The position numbers and the translations under genes were made by a program. 32,000 nucleotides of DNA, taken from Faecalibaculum rodentium (GTDB lineage: Bacteria > Bacillota_I > Bacilli_A > Erysipelotrichales > Erysipelotrichaceae). The notes under the pieces are model-generated. The model was given only the letters and a program-made list of their open reading frames with translations, was not told where the DNA came from and did no database searches. The DNA lies in assembly GCF_001564455.1 (NCBI RefSeq), contig NZ_CP011391.1, forward strand, positions 1,890,001-1,922,000, in the 5' to 3' direction. This document shows positions 22,903 through 32,000 of the stretch, one piece after another. Positions within the stretch are counted from its first letter, which is position 1, and each line of letters begins with the position of its first letter.

Positions 22903-23979
22903 TCAGTCTGTTTCCGCCTGGTCAGTATCGGTTTCCGGCATAACATCCACCACCACATATTCACTGTTCCCGGCTGTCCTTGCTGCAAAGCCCCAGCCCC
23001 CGATGCCATCGGAGGTGATCTGCGTAAATCCGTCTTCCTGGCGGATCCCCGATACCATGTCCATTTTCGGATGGAGATGAATGAGATACCCGAAAGGCCA
23101 CAGCTGGCCATTGTGGGTGTGTCCCGACAGCATCAGGTCCGCACCGGCTTCGCGCACTTTTTCAGACTGCACGGGCTGGTGATCGATCACGACATCATAC
23201 TTCTCTGTGTCCGTTACCAGGCCGTCTGCTGCCTTGCGGTCCTTTTTGTGCTGCCGGTAGTCATCGCGGCCCGAGAGCTCGAAATCCCCCACGGTCACCG
23301 TGTCATCCCGCAGGATGCGGATGCCTGCGGATTCGATCATGTCGTCGAGTTCCTGTGCTGTGTAGACCGGCGGCAGGATCCCTTCCTCCTGGTCATCATG
23401 ATTGCCCGGCACATAAAAGACCGGAGCTGTCCTATCCAGCTGCCCCAGGATTTTGAATGCCTCCCGGGCCTGGGGCGCTGTGGTGTATTCATCTACGATG
23501 TCGCCCCCGAGGATGTAGGCATCGGGATGCTCCTTTTCCAGCTGCTTCACCAGCTTTGTCAGTTTCTGTGACGTCATCCCTGTCGGATAGTGCAGATCGG
23601 AGAGAAACACCAGACGTCCCGAAGCATCTTTTTCCGTTTCCAGGGTATAGTGCGTAGCCACGCGCTGGTCATAGTGCACCATGCCCCAGATGGTCATGCC
23701 GCCTGCCAGCAAAAGACAGACCAGGGCTGCCAGCCAGGGCGCATGCCAGTTCTTTTTCACCAGTCTCCAGACCAGCTGGACCGCCAGCAAAAGCGCGGCA
23801 TAGTAAACCATCACGCTGTAGGCTACAGTGGTGGTCATGGAAGCAGACAAGAAAACCGCCATCAGCACCAGCAGCAAAGCCTGCCGGCCGCGGCCCGGTC
23901 TGACAGGCAGAAGCCTCCAGGTATCCCAGGCCAGAAACAGGCCCGCGGCCGCATTGGCCAGCACGAACAGGATCATCAT
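22903..23979 (-). CDS. Membrane-anchored metallophosphoesterase (calcineurin-like)
   Basis: 358 aa. About 4 N-terminal TM helices are followed by the phosphoesterase motifs LSDLHYP, GGDIVDE, PGNHD and SGHTHNGQ. Confidence 0.85.
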   Translation of the reverse strand: MMILFVLANAAAGLFLAWDTWRLLPVRPGRGRQALLLVLMAVFLSASMTTTVAYSVMVYYAALLLAVQLVWRLVKKNWHAPWLAALVCLLLAGGMTIWGMVHYDQRVATHYTLETEKDASGRLVFLSDLHYPTGMTSQKLTKLVKQLEKEHPDAYILGGDIVDEYTTAPQAREAFKILGQLDRTAPVFYVPGNHDDQEEGILPPVYTAQELDDMIESAGIRILRDDTVTVGDFELSGRDDYRQHKKDRKAADGLVTDTEKYDVVIDHQPVQSEKVREAGADLMLSGHTHNGQLWPFGYLIHLHPKMDMVSGIRQEDGFTQITSDGIGGWGFAARTAGNSEYVVVDVMPETDTDQAETD

Positions 23980-24665
23980 GAGAAGAGCCTCATCACCATG
24001 GCAGTCAAAGGCTGCAGCAGCTGCGGGGTCTGTTCATAGATCTCCTGAAAGGCTGCATTGCGGACAGCCGCCGGCCCCCCCAGAACCACCGGATGCAGAC
24101 CCAGGGGGTTCAGTCCGGCTGAACAGCGAACACCCAGGGAGAGCAGGCCGAAGCTCCAGATCCCTGTCGCGATGTTGCCCACGGCGATCACCCCCAGGGA
24201 AAACAGGCCCAGTGTCAGCAGACCGAGACTGAAACATCCCGCCGACAGCAGGCCCAGAGAGAACAGCCCGAGTGACACGCCTCCCATGGAGAAACAGCCG
24301 ATGGAGATCACTCCGCGGGAAAACAGACCGATGGACACGATCCCGCAGGCTTTGGTGCCCACAGCCACAATGCCCCGGGCATCGGGCCCCAGCGAAAACA
24401 GCGGCCAGCCTCCGATGCAGACCGCACTGTCATGGCTGGTCACCGGTTTGATCTGCCCCTGCAGCTGGGCAGGATCGATGCAGAAGACCCGGCTGAATAC
24501 CATCACTTCCACCGGATCCATGTCATGTTCCCCGGATTCCAGCTCCAGGATCCGGGGTTCGGAGATGCCGGTTTTCTGTGACAGACCGGCAACTGTCAGG
24601 TTGTCTGCGATGCGCAGCATTTCCAGATTCGTCATGCCAGCATTGTCCGCCAAAGACCCGCACAT
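23976..24665 (-). CDS. XRE-family HTH protein with a C-terminal hydrophobic G-x-x-S-x pentad repeat array
   Basis: The N-terminus MTNLEMLRIADNLTVAGLSQKTGISEPRILELESGEHDMDPVEVMVFSRVFCIDPAQL is an HTH_3-type fold. It is followed by GIVAV GTKAC GIVSI GLFSR GVISI GCFSM GGVSL GLFSL GLLSA GCFSL GLLTL GLFSL GVIAV GNIAT GIWSF GLLSL. The stop overlaps the phosphoesterase start (ATGA). The ATG at 24635 is a likely alternative start. Confidence 0.7.
   Translation of the reverse strand: MCGSLADNAGMTNLEMLRIADNLTVAGLSQKTGISEPRILELESGEHDMDPVEVMVFSRVFCIDPAQLQGQIKPVTSHDSAVCIGGWPLFSLGPDARGIVAVGTKACGIVSIGLFSRGVISIGCFSMGGVSLGLFSLGLLSAGCFSLGLLTLGLFSLGVIAVGNIATGIWSFGLLSLGVRCSAGLNPLGLHPVVLGGPAAVRNAAFQEIYEQTPQLLQPLTAMVMRLFS
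24130..24410 (-). repeat. Imperfect 15/30-bp periodic coding repeat
   Basis: Plus-strand units of about 30 nt begin GGAAAACAG / ACTGAAACA / AGAGAACAG / GGAGAAACAG / GGAAAACAG from 24198 onward. They are in frame with the pentad repeats of ORF 23976..24665. Confidence 0.75.
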
Positions 24666-24729
24666 GACAAACCGGAATGCAGTCCCGTTTTTTCACATCC
24701 GGCTGATCCGAAGGCAGCAGACCGCAATC

Positions 24730-24766
24730 AAAAAAAGCCGGCAACGGAGTGCGGCCCGGTGCCGGT
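24730..24766 (-). terminator. Terminator after the DUF1622 gene
   Basis: GCCGGCA (24737-24743) pairs with TGCCGG (24760-24765). On the minus strand it is followed by T7 (plus-strand A-run 24730-24736). Confidence 0.55.
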
Positions 24767-24770
24767 ACAG

Positions 24771-25259
24771 TCAGTTTCGCTGTCGATGCTGGACATCCAC
24801 GTCATCGGGACGGGCCGTTTCCACATGGGCATTCTGCCCTGCCTCGATGATGATGGTCGTGTTCGGCCTGGCATGTCCGAACACACCTTCAAGATGTGCG
24901 TGGGCAGCATGGGACGACGGCTCATCCGGCTCTTCATCCGTATCGGTCAGCTCCCAGTGTATCAGCCAGGTCATGGCTGCCTTGATCAGGATCAGCATGG
25001 CGATCTGCATGATTTCATCCATGTTCCGTACGGTGATCGTGCGCAGGATCTCACTGCCCAGCTTGAATGTCAGGCCAATGGACTGCCCGTGCAGCAGATA
25101 GACCCTGGCACTTTTCTCATGACGCAGCAGCTTGAAGAACGCGACGAAGGTCGTGAACACAATGATGCAGATGGACAGAAGTTCCATGAAATTGACAGAT
25201 ATTTCCGCCACATGCGAGACAACTTCCTTGAAGGCCTCGGTGATCTCCTCGATATGCAT
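24771..25259 (-). CDS. DUF1622-family membrane protein with an acidic/His-rich C-terminal tail
   Basis: 162 aa. GLTFKLGSEILRTITVRNMDEIMQIAMLILIKAAMTWLIHWEL matches my recollection of the DUF1622 core (LEFKLAAEILRT..W..I). RBS AAGGAGAG. It lies 14 nt after the mnmE stop. Confidence 0.7.
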   Translation of the reverse strand: MHIEEITEAFKEVVSHVAEISVNFMELLSICIIVFTTFVAFFKLLRHEKSARVYLLHGQSIGLTFKLGSEILRTITVRNMDEIMQIAMLILIKAAMTWLIHWELTDTDEEPDEPSSHAAHAHLEGVFGHARPNTTIIIEAGQNAHVETARPDDVDVQHRQRN

Positions 25260-25273
25260 ACTACTCTCCTTAT

Positions 25274-26587
<1,314 letters not shown>

Positions 26588-26593
26588 AGCCCA

Positions 26594-26603
26594 ATGATAC
26601 AAT
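26594..26603. promoter_or_regulatory. Overlapping back-to-back -10 boxes in the 22-bp mnmE/tsaC gap
   Basis: Plus strand: TGaTACAAT (26595-26603, an extended -10), then 6 nt to the tsaC ATG at 26610. Minus strand: TATCAT (26599-26594), then 6 nt to the mnmE ATG at 26587. Neither gene has an SD sequence. Confidence 0.35.
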
Positions 26604-26609
26604 GCCCTC

Positions 26610-27218
26610 ATGAACAGATACAAAGAAAACGAAACCACCCTTGTGGCCGCGGCCCTGCAGAACGGGGCACTTCTCGCCTTCCCCACGGATACGGTCTATG
26701 GACTGGGCACACTGTACGGCTCTCTGGACCGTCTGGAGCGTCTCAAGCATGCCAAACACAGACCGGAAACCAAGCCTGTTCCCTTCATGACCGATTCCCT
26801 GGAGAAACTGTCCCGGCTGGCACAAGTCACGGAATCCGCCGCCCGCCTGGCACAGGCCTTCCTCCCCGGAGCCCTGACCCTGGTGCTGAAGCGCAGCCCG
26901 GAGGTGGATCCCGCCTACACCAACGGCATGGAGACCATCGCCGTCCGGATCCCAGATGCCCCGGCCCTGCTGGCTGTCATGAAACAGCTGGATGCCCCGC
27001 TGCTGGTCACCAGCGCCAACCAGTCCGGCCAGCCCGCAGCCCTCACTGCAGCAGAAGCCGCCCACGCACTGCCGGATATCGATGGCGTGATGGACGGCAG
27101 CTGTGCCGGGGGTGTGGCCAGCACCATCGTGGACTGCACCTGTTCGCCGGTCCGGATCCTGCGGCAGGGACCGGTGTCAGAAGAAACCATCCGCCAGGTC
27201 CTGGAAGAGACAGTCTGA
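26610..27218 (+). CDS. tsaC: L-threonylcarbamoyladenylate synthase (TsaC/YrdC type, short form)
   Basis: 202 aa. Contains LLAFPTDTVYGLG, KHRPETKPVPFM, LPGALTLVL and LLVTSANQSGQP, the YrdC-domain motifs. Confidence 0.9.
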   Translation: MNRYKENETTLVAAALQNGALLAFPTDTVYGLGTLYGSLDRLERLKHAKHRPETKPVPFMTDSLEKLSRLAQVTESAARLAQAFLPGALTLVLKRSPEVDPAYTNGMETIAVRIPDAPALLAVMKQLDAPLLVTSANQSGQPAALTAAEAAHALPDIDGVMDGSCAGGVASTIVDCTCSPVRILRQGPVSEETIRQVLEETV

Positions 27219-27233
27219 CGGGATCAGAGAAAA

Positions 27234-27267
27234 GGCCCCTGCCTACGTGGACAGGAGCCTCTTTTTT
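27234..27267. terminator. Bidirectional terminator between the convergent tsaC and hppA
   Basis: GGCCCCTG (27234-27241) / CAGGAGCC (27252-27259) with one mismatch. T-run TCTTTTTT on the plus strand; TTTTCTCT follows on the minus strand. Confidence 0.6.
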
Positions 27268-27272
27268 CGTGA

Positions 27273-29360
27273 TTACTGAAACAGGAAATTCAGGATCGGT
27301 GTCATCTGCACCAGGACTGGTGCCAGCATCAGGGAGATGACTGACATCAGCTTGATCAGGATGTCCATGGCAGGACCCGCTGTATCCTTGAAGGGGTCAC
27401 CCACGGTATCGCCGGTGACAGCCGCCTTGTGCGCATCGGATCCCTTGCCGCCGAACTGGCCGGATTCGATGAACTTCTTGGCGTTGTCCCACGCACCGCC
27501 GGAGTTGGCCATGAACACAGCCAGCATGATGGCGGACACCAGGGCTCCCATCAGCATGCCGCCCAGGCCCTGGCAGCCCAGCAGGATGCCCACGGCAATG
27601 GGAGACACGATGGCGATGCAGCCAGGCACGATCATTTCCTTCAATGCGGCTCTGGTGGAAATGTCCACACAGCCTGCGTAATCCGGTTTGGTCGTTCCTT
27701 CCAGGATCCCCGGATCTTCCTTGAACTGCCGGCGGACTTCATTGATCATGTGGTTGGCCGCCTTGCCCACGGACCGGATCGTCAATGCCGTGAAGAAATA
27801 CGGCAGCATCGCTCCGAAGAGCACCGCCACCAGAACACCCGGCTGCAGCAGGGAAATGCTTTCCAGGCTGGCTGCATTGGCGAAGGCCACGATCATGGCC
27901 AGGGCCGTGAAGGCAGCGGAGCCGATGCAGAATCCCTTGCCGATTGCTGCGGTGGTATTGCCCACGGAATCCAGGTGGTCGGTGATTTCCCGGACATGCG
28001 GATCCAGGTGAGACATTTCGGCGATGCCGCCGGCGTTGTCTGCGATGGGGCCATAGGCGTCAACGGACACCGTGATGCCGCAGGTGGACAGCATGCCGAC
28101 TGCACCCAGGCCGATGCCGTACATGCCGAAGAACATATAGGACAGCACAATGCCGATCACCAGCACCAGCACGGTCAGCAGGGTGGATTCCATGCCTGTG
28201 GAGAAGCCCGCGATGATGTTGGTCGCATGTCCGGTCTGGGACTCGGATGCGATTTCCTTGACCTTCGGGTAGCTGTCGGAGGTGTAGTATTCCGCGATCT
28301 GACCCAGCAGGATGCCCACGATTAGACCGGTTGTGATGCAGAGGAAGGGTTTGAAGTCACCGAAGAACATGGTGGACAGCACGAAGCCACTGACCACGAC
28401 AATGCCCGTGGCCACGTACGTGGCAATGTTCAGGGCTTTCTGCGGCTGTTCCCAGCGCTTCATCCGGACAAACAGCTGTGCCAGAATCGCGGCGATGATG
28501 CCGACGCCTGCCACGGCAAAGGGGAAGATCGCCGCCTGGATGGAATAATCCACACCGGACAGCGTCACGGTCAGACCCAGGGAGATGGAAGACACGATGG
28601 CACCGACATAGGATTCGCACAGGTCACTGCCCATGCCCGCGATGTCGCCCACGTTGTCGCCTACGTTGTCGGCAATGACCGCCGGGTTTCTCGGGTCGTC
28701 TTCCGGAATACCGGCTTCGACCTTGCCCACCAGGTCTGCACCCACGTCAGCCGCCTTGGTGTAAATGCCGCCGCCCACACGGGCAAACAGGGCAATGAAC
28801 GAGCATCCAAGGGAGTATCCGGCCACCACAGGCACAGCCTGCCGGGGATCACCCAGAACGAAGGTGAAGATCAGGAACAGGCTGGCCAGTCCCAGCAGGC
28901 CGAAGCCGACAACGGAAATGCCCAGGACGGACCCGCCGTTGAATGCCACGTGCAGGGCGCTGGGCATGCCGCCTTCCCGGGCTGCCTGGGCCACTTTGGC
29001 ATTGGCGTTGGTGGCTGCCTGCATGCCGACAAAACCGGCCAGGCCGGAGAACAGCGTGCCAAACAGGAAGCAGATGGCGCCATTGATGCCCACGCCGTCA
29101 ATGCCGCGCAGGCTGGGAATGAATCCGAGTCCCGCCAGCAGCATGATGACGATCAGGCCGAAAATCAGGACCACACGGTATTCGCGGGTCAGGAATGCCA
29201 TGGCTCCTTCATGAATGTAGGAACTCAGGGCTCTCATCCGCTTGGTTCCGGCATTTTCCCGGCGGACTGCCTGGAACAGGTTGAAGGCATAGAGCAGGGC
29301 CAGTACCGCAATGGCAATGACAATGCACAAGATGACCTCCATGGAAATGTTGGTTGTCAT
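27273..29360 (-). CDS. hppA: Membrane-integral ion-translocating pyrophosphatase
   Basis: 695 aa. Hallmark motifs are [28 protein letters not shown] and [15 protein letters not shown]. Ion specificity (H+ or Na+) is not called. Confidence 0.95.
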   Translation of the reverse strand: MTTNISMEVILCIVIAIAVLALLYAFNLFQAVRRENAGTKRMRALSSYIHEGAMAFLTREYRVVLIFGLIVIMLLAGLGFIPSLRGIDGVGINGAICFLFGTLFSGLAGFVGMQAATNANAKVAQAAREGGMPSALHVAFNGGSVLGISVVGFGLLGLASLFLIFTFVLGDPRQAVPVVAGYSLGCSFIALFARVGGGIYTKAADVGADLVGKVEAGIPEDDPRNPAVIADNVGDNVGDIAGMGSDLCESYVGAIVSSISLGLTVTLSGVDYSIQAAIFPFAVAGVGIIAAILAQLFVRMKRWEQPQKALNIATYVATGIVVVSGFVLSTMFFGDFKPFLCITTGLIVGILLGQIAEYYTSDSYPKVKEIASESQTGHATNIIAGFSTGMESTLLTVLVLVIGIVLSYMFFGMYGIGLGAVGMLSTCGITVSVDAYGPIADNAGGIAEMSHLDPHVREITDHLDSVGNTTAAIGKGFCIGSAAFTALAMIVAFANAASLESISLLQPGVLVAVLFGAMLPYFFTALTIRSVGKAANHMINEVRRQFKEDPGILEGTTKPDYAGCVDISTRAALKEMIVPGCIAIVSPIAVGILLGCQGLGGMLMGALVSAIMLAVFMANSGGAWDNAKKFIESGQFGGKGSDAHKAAVTGDTVGDPFKDTAGPAMDILIKLMSVISLMLAPVLVQMTPILNFLFQ

Positions 29361-29393
29361 GAAAACATCCTTCCTTTCTCAAAACTGTCTTCC

Positions 29394-29422
29394 ATTATAA
29401 TTGCCACTGCAAATAAAGTAAA
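29394..29422 (-). promoter_or_regulatory. Putative hppA promoter
   Basis: On the minus strand: TTTACT (29422-29417), 17 nt, TATAAT (29399-29394). It lies about 34 nt upstream of the ATG, with RBS GAAAGGAAGGA in between. Confidence 0.4.
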
Positions 29423-29517
29423 CGCTTTCAGAGTCTCTCATACCGTTCCATTCCCATATTTTTCCCGAAAAATCCGGTTTTCGGCACAGCTGCCTGCGCA
29501 TCGGGTACCATGGAATC

Positions 29518-30090
29518 ATGGGTAAAGGAAAAGAACTGTTTACACCCTTGGATTCCTACATCATGCTGGACCTGGAAACCACCGGACTTCGCCCGCACCA
29601 GGCAAAGATCCTGGAAATCGGGATGATCAAGGTCGTGGACCGGAAAGCCGTGGCCACGTTTCAGGCACTGGTCAATCCCGGCTGCATCATTGATCCGTTC
29701 ATCACGCGTCTGACCGGGATCACACCCGACATGGCCGCGGGGGCTGACTCGCTGGAGCAGGTCATGCCCTGGGCGGTGGAGTTCATGGAGGACCTGCCGG
29801 TGCTTGCCTACAATGCCGGGTTTGACCTGGCATTCCTGAAGGATCTCCATCCGGCGTGGCAGGATGTCCTGGCTGTGGCCAGGGGTATGTGGCCGGAAGA
29901 AAAAAGCCACTCTCTGAAAGCCATGTCCCGGCTTCTGAAAGTCCGCCGGGGAACGCACCGCGCCCTGGACGACTGCATTGCGGCCATGGATGTCTATGAA
30001 TGCGCCAAATCCCTGATCCGGCGGCAGGATCTGGACTTTGCGAAGGTCTACCGTGCAGGAAAGCGAAAACGCGCTAAAATAAAGGCATGA
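29518..30090 (+). CDS. DnaQ-like DEDDh 3'-5' exonuclease
   Basis: 190 aa. Exo I is MLDLETTGL, Exo II is LAYNAGFDLAFL and Exo III is HRALDDCIAAMDVY. Confidence 0.85.
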   Translation: MGKGKELFTPLDSYIMLDLETTGLRPHQAKILEIGMIKVVDRKAVATFQALVNPGCIIDPFITRLTGITPDMAAGADSLEQVMPWAVEFMEDLPVLAYNAGFDLAFLKDLHPAWQDVLAVARGMWPEEKSHSLKAMSRLLKVRRGTHRALDDCIAAMDVYECAKSLIRRQDLDFAKVYRAGKRKRAKIKA

Positions 30091-30617
30091 AAATTCTGAA
30101 GTGGATCATCCGGCTTCTGTTAGCCGGTGCTGTATGCATCATGGCCCTGATGGCAGGGCTGGCAATATTCACCTTCTCCGCCGAAACCGGCGAAGTCTCC
30201 GGACAGCGCAGCGGTCAGCTGACCGAGTGGATCCGCGACAACGTGCAGGAACACATCGAATCCTCTCCCGAAGGCAGACAGCTGGCGGAAAAAGTCAAGG
30301 GCTTCGTGGTCCGGCACTCTCCCTGGGGGGACGACTGGAACCAGAACATCCGGAAACTGGCTCATTTCTCGGAGTACTTCCTGATGGCCACGCTCATTTA
30401 CCTGATCCTGACGATTCTCAGGGTTCCCTGGTGGCTCAAGGCAATCCTGGTCATCATGGCCTGCGGCGGTCTCGCCTGTCTGGATGAACTGCATCAGTCG
30501 GATGTCGCAGGCCGCGTCATGTCAAAAAAGGACGTGCTGATCGACACATCCGGGGCGGTGTTTGCCACCCTGACCTATGGCATACTCGGCCGGTTCTGGA
30601 AGTGGCTTGGCAGCTGA
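30087..30617 (+). CDS. VanZ-family membrane protein
   Basis: 176 aa, 4 TM segments. KLAHFSEYFLMATLIYL and LDELHQS..D.LIDTSGA are the VanZ-like conserved elements. The start overlaps the exonuclease stop (ATGA). Confidence 0.8.
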   Translation: MKILKWIIRLLLAGAVCIMALMAGLAIFTFSAETGEVSGQRSGQLTEWIRDNVQEHIESSPEGRQLAEKVKGFVVRHSPWGDDWNQNIRKLAHFSEYFLMATLIYLILTILRVPWWLKAILVIMACGGLACLDELHQSDVAGRVMSKKDVLIDTSGAVFATLTYGILGRFWKWLGS

Positions 30618-30626
30618 GTCCGGCAC

Positions 30627-30680
30627 TCCGGAAGTTTCAGAAACACAGGACTGTGTTTCTGAGACCTCCGGACTTTTTTG
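30627..30680 (+). terminator. Strong intrinsic terminator after vanZ
   Basis: Inner 11-bp stem TCAGAAACACA / TGTGTTTCTGA with loop GGAC. The outer TCCGGA (30627-30632) pairs with TCCGGA (30667-30672). T6 at 30674-30679. Confidence 0.75.
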
Positions 30681-30830
30681 TTCGCCAGCAGTTCCCTGCT
30701 GCCCCCAGACTGGAGGCCATCATTCCTTTATCGCAGGTCCCGCTCATCACTCGATGCAGTTCACACCCGCCGCTGAGCCGCCTGTCACGCGGATCGTGAC
30801 AATCGTATCTCCGGGCGCTACCCTGGAGAC

Positions 30831-32000
30831 ATGAACACCAGAGAACGAATCCTGGAAGGCGCCCAAAACGGGCTGCTGGATGCCGAAATCCCTGCAGATC
30901 CCTCGTTTGTTCCGGCTCTTCTGTACAACGACTATCACCGGGGAGAGAAAGTGTTCTGCTCCCTGGAAGACGAACTGCGTCACTGCGACTCCTTCTGCTT
31001 TTCGACGGCCTTCATCACCCTCACCGGCCTGGAACCGCTGAAGCCCGTTCTCCGGGAACTCCAGCGGCGCAGGGTACCGGGAAAGATCCTCACCACCAAC
31101 TACCTGTCGTTCACCCAGCCGGAGGCTCTGGACTTTCTGGCACAGTTTGAAACCATCGACGTGCGGATGTTTCAGTGCTCAGAAATCGAAGGGTTTCATA
31201 CAAAGGGCTATCTGTTTTTCCGGAATGACGAACTGCGCCTGATCACAGGCTCCAGCAATCTCACCGCATCGGCTCTGTTCACGAGCCGGGAATGGAACAC
31301 ACGCCTGGTTGCAGCAGGGGCCGGGAGTTATGCCAGAGAGGTGCTGACGCAGTTTGACTCTCTCTGGAAACACATGGACTCTCTTCCCTGGCAGGCCGTC
31401 CGGCAGGAGTATTGCATCCGGTATGACCTGGCCAGGAAGCAGCGGGAGACTGCCCTGGAAAACCCGGTCTTCAGTCCAGAACAGTACGCCCTCCAGCCTA
31501 ATTCCATGCAGACACATTTCATCCGGAACCTGAAACACCTGATGGAACACCGTCAGCAGCGTGCTCTGCTGGTGTCTGCCACGGGAACGGGCAAGACACT
31601 CGCTGCAGTGTTTGCTGTGAGGGAGTTCGAACCGCGCACGGTTCTGTTTCTCGTCCATCGGGAACAGATTGCCCGCAAGGCACTGGACTCCTTCCGTATG
31701 GTGCTGGGAAACAGCCGCACCTGTGGACTTCTGGGCGGCGGTCTGAGACAGACCGGCGCAGACTGTGTATTCTCCACGGTCCAGACACTGTCGAGGCAAG
31801 CCGTGCTGGACTCCTTTTCCGCTGACCGGTTTGACTGGATCATCGTGGATGAAGTCCACCGGGCTGCGGCGGCGACCTATCAGCGGATCTTCCGTCACTT
31901 CCACCCCCGGTTTCTGCTCGGGATGTCCGCCACGCCGGCCCGAACAGACGGCCAGAGCATTTTCGAGCTCTTTGACTACAACGTGGCAGCGGACATCGGC
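30831..32000 (+). CDS. PLD-family (HKD) nuclease fused to an SF2 DEAH helicase, SauUSI-like putative type IV restriction enzyme (3' end beyond the window)
   Basis: Absent from the track because it is open to the edge: 390 codons from ATG 30831. The HKD motif is HTKGYLFF..LITGSSNLT (His codon 31196-31198). Walker A is SATGTGKT (about 31578-31601) and the DEAH box is IVDEVH (about 31842-31859). The order PLD then helicase matches SauUSI. The C-terminal specificity domain is not visible. Confidence 0.75.
   Translation, partial: MNTRERILEGAQNGLLDAEIPADPSFVPALLYNDYHRGEKVFCSLEDELRHCDSFCFSTAFITLTGLEPLKPVLRELQRRRVPGKILTTNYLSFTQPEALDFLAQFETIDVRMFQCSEIEGFHTKGYLFFRNDELRLITGSSNLTASALFTSREWNTRLVAAGAGSYAREVLTQFDSLWKHMDSLPWQAVRQEYCIRYDLARKQRETALENPVFSPEQYALQPNSMQTHFIRNLKHLMEHRQQRALLVSATGTGKTLAAVFAVREFEPRTVLFLVHREQIARKALDSFRMVLGNSRTCGLLGGGLRQTGADCVFSTVQTLSRQAVLDSFSADRFDWIIVDEVHRAAAATYQRIFRHFHPRFLLGMSATPARTDGQSIFELFDYNVAADIG

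Noticed and set aside
24130-24410. A 30-bp periodic repeat that could be mistaken for a CRISPR array or minisatellite.
   Set aside because: The units are contiguous with no unique spacers. They are imperfect and in frame with a well-formed ORF that encodes the pentad repeats.
26588-26686. Upstream extension of mnmE (470-aa version), which overlaps tsaC.
   Set aside because: MnmE family N-termini start right at M-x-x-D/K-TI-A-A-I-S-T. The extension (MGKARSAPFCRAAATRVV..) is non-homologous and antisense to tsaC.

Overview
GC-rich chromosomal window. The gene content suggests an anaerobic Bacillota or Clostridia-like bacterium, but the taxon cannot be fixed from sequence alone. I support 29 protein genes.

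Gene order, left to right:
- mraZ (partial, minus strand).
- Lactate permease and a split chromate-transporter pair (plus strand).
- A minus-strand block: a small HTH-like ORF, the FprA flavodiiron protein, an alpha/beta hydrolase and two membrane ORFs.
- A group II intron of about 1.97 kb (class C-like; RT/maturase without an endonuclease domain). It sits directly behind the terminator hairpin of the next operon.
- A mannitol-family PTS operon: mtlA (EIIC-B-B), mtlR, mtlF, a PfkB kinase and a SorE-like Zn dehydrogenase.
- A GH2 glycosidase and GPH symporter, with a divergent ArsR-type regulator.
- lysS, then an orphan cellobiose-type PTS EIIB.
- A membrane metallophosphoesterase coupled to an XRE-HTH protein that carries a hydrophobic 5-residue repeat array.
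- DUF1622, mnmE, tsaC and a membrane pyrophosphatase.
- A DnaQ-like exonuclease and VanZ.
- A window-truncated PLD-nuclease/SF2-helicase gene of the SauUSI (type IV restriction) architecture.

No rRNA, tRNA or CRISPR array was seen.

I did not find an unambiguous new multi-gene system. The best candidates for something undescribed are:
1. The mtl operon, in which mtlD is replaced by a kinase plus a ketose-1-P-reductase-like dehydrogenase.
2. The HTH protein with the G-x-x-S-x repeats and its phosphoesterase partner.
3. The overlapping back-to-back -10 boxes that imply leaderless mnmE and tsaC.

Most very long plus-strand ORFs in the track are codon-aligned antisense shadows of real minus-strand genes. 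All family calls rest on motif recognition and memory of homologues, not on database searches.
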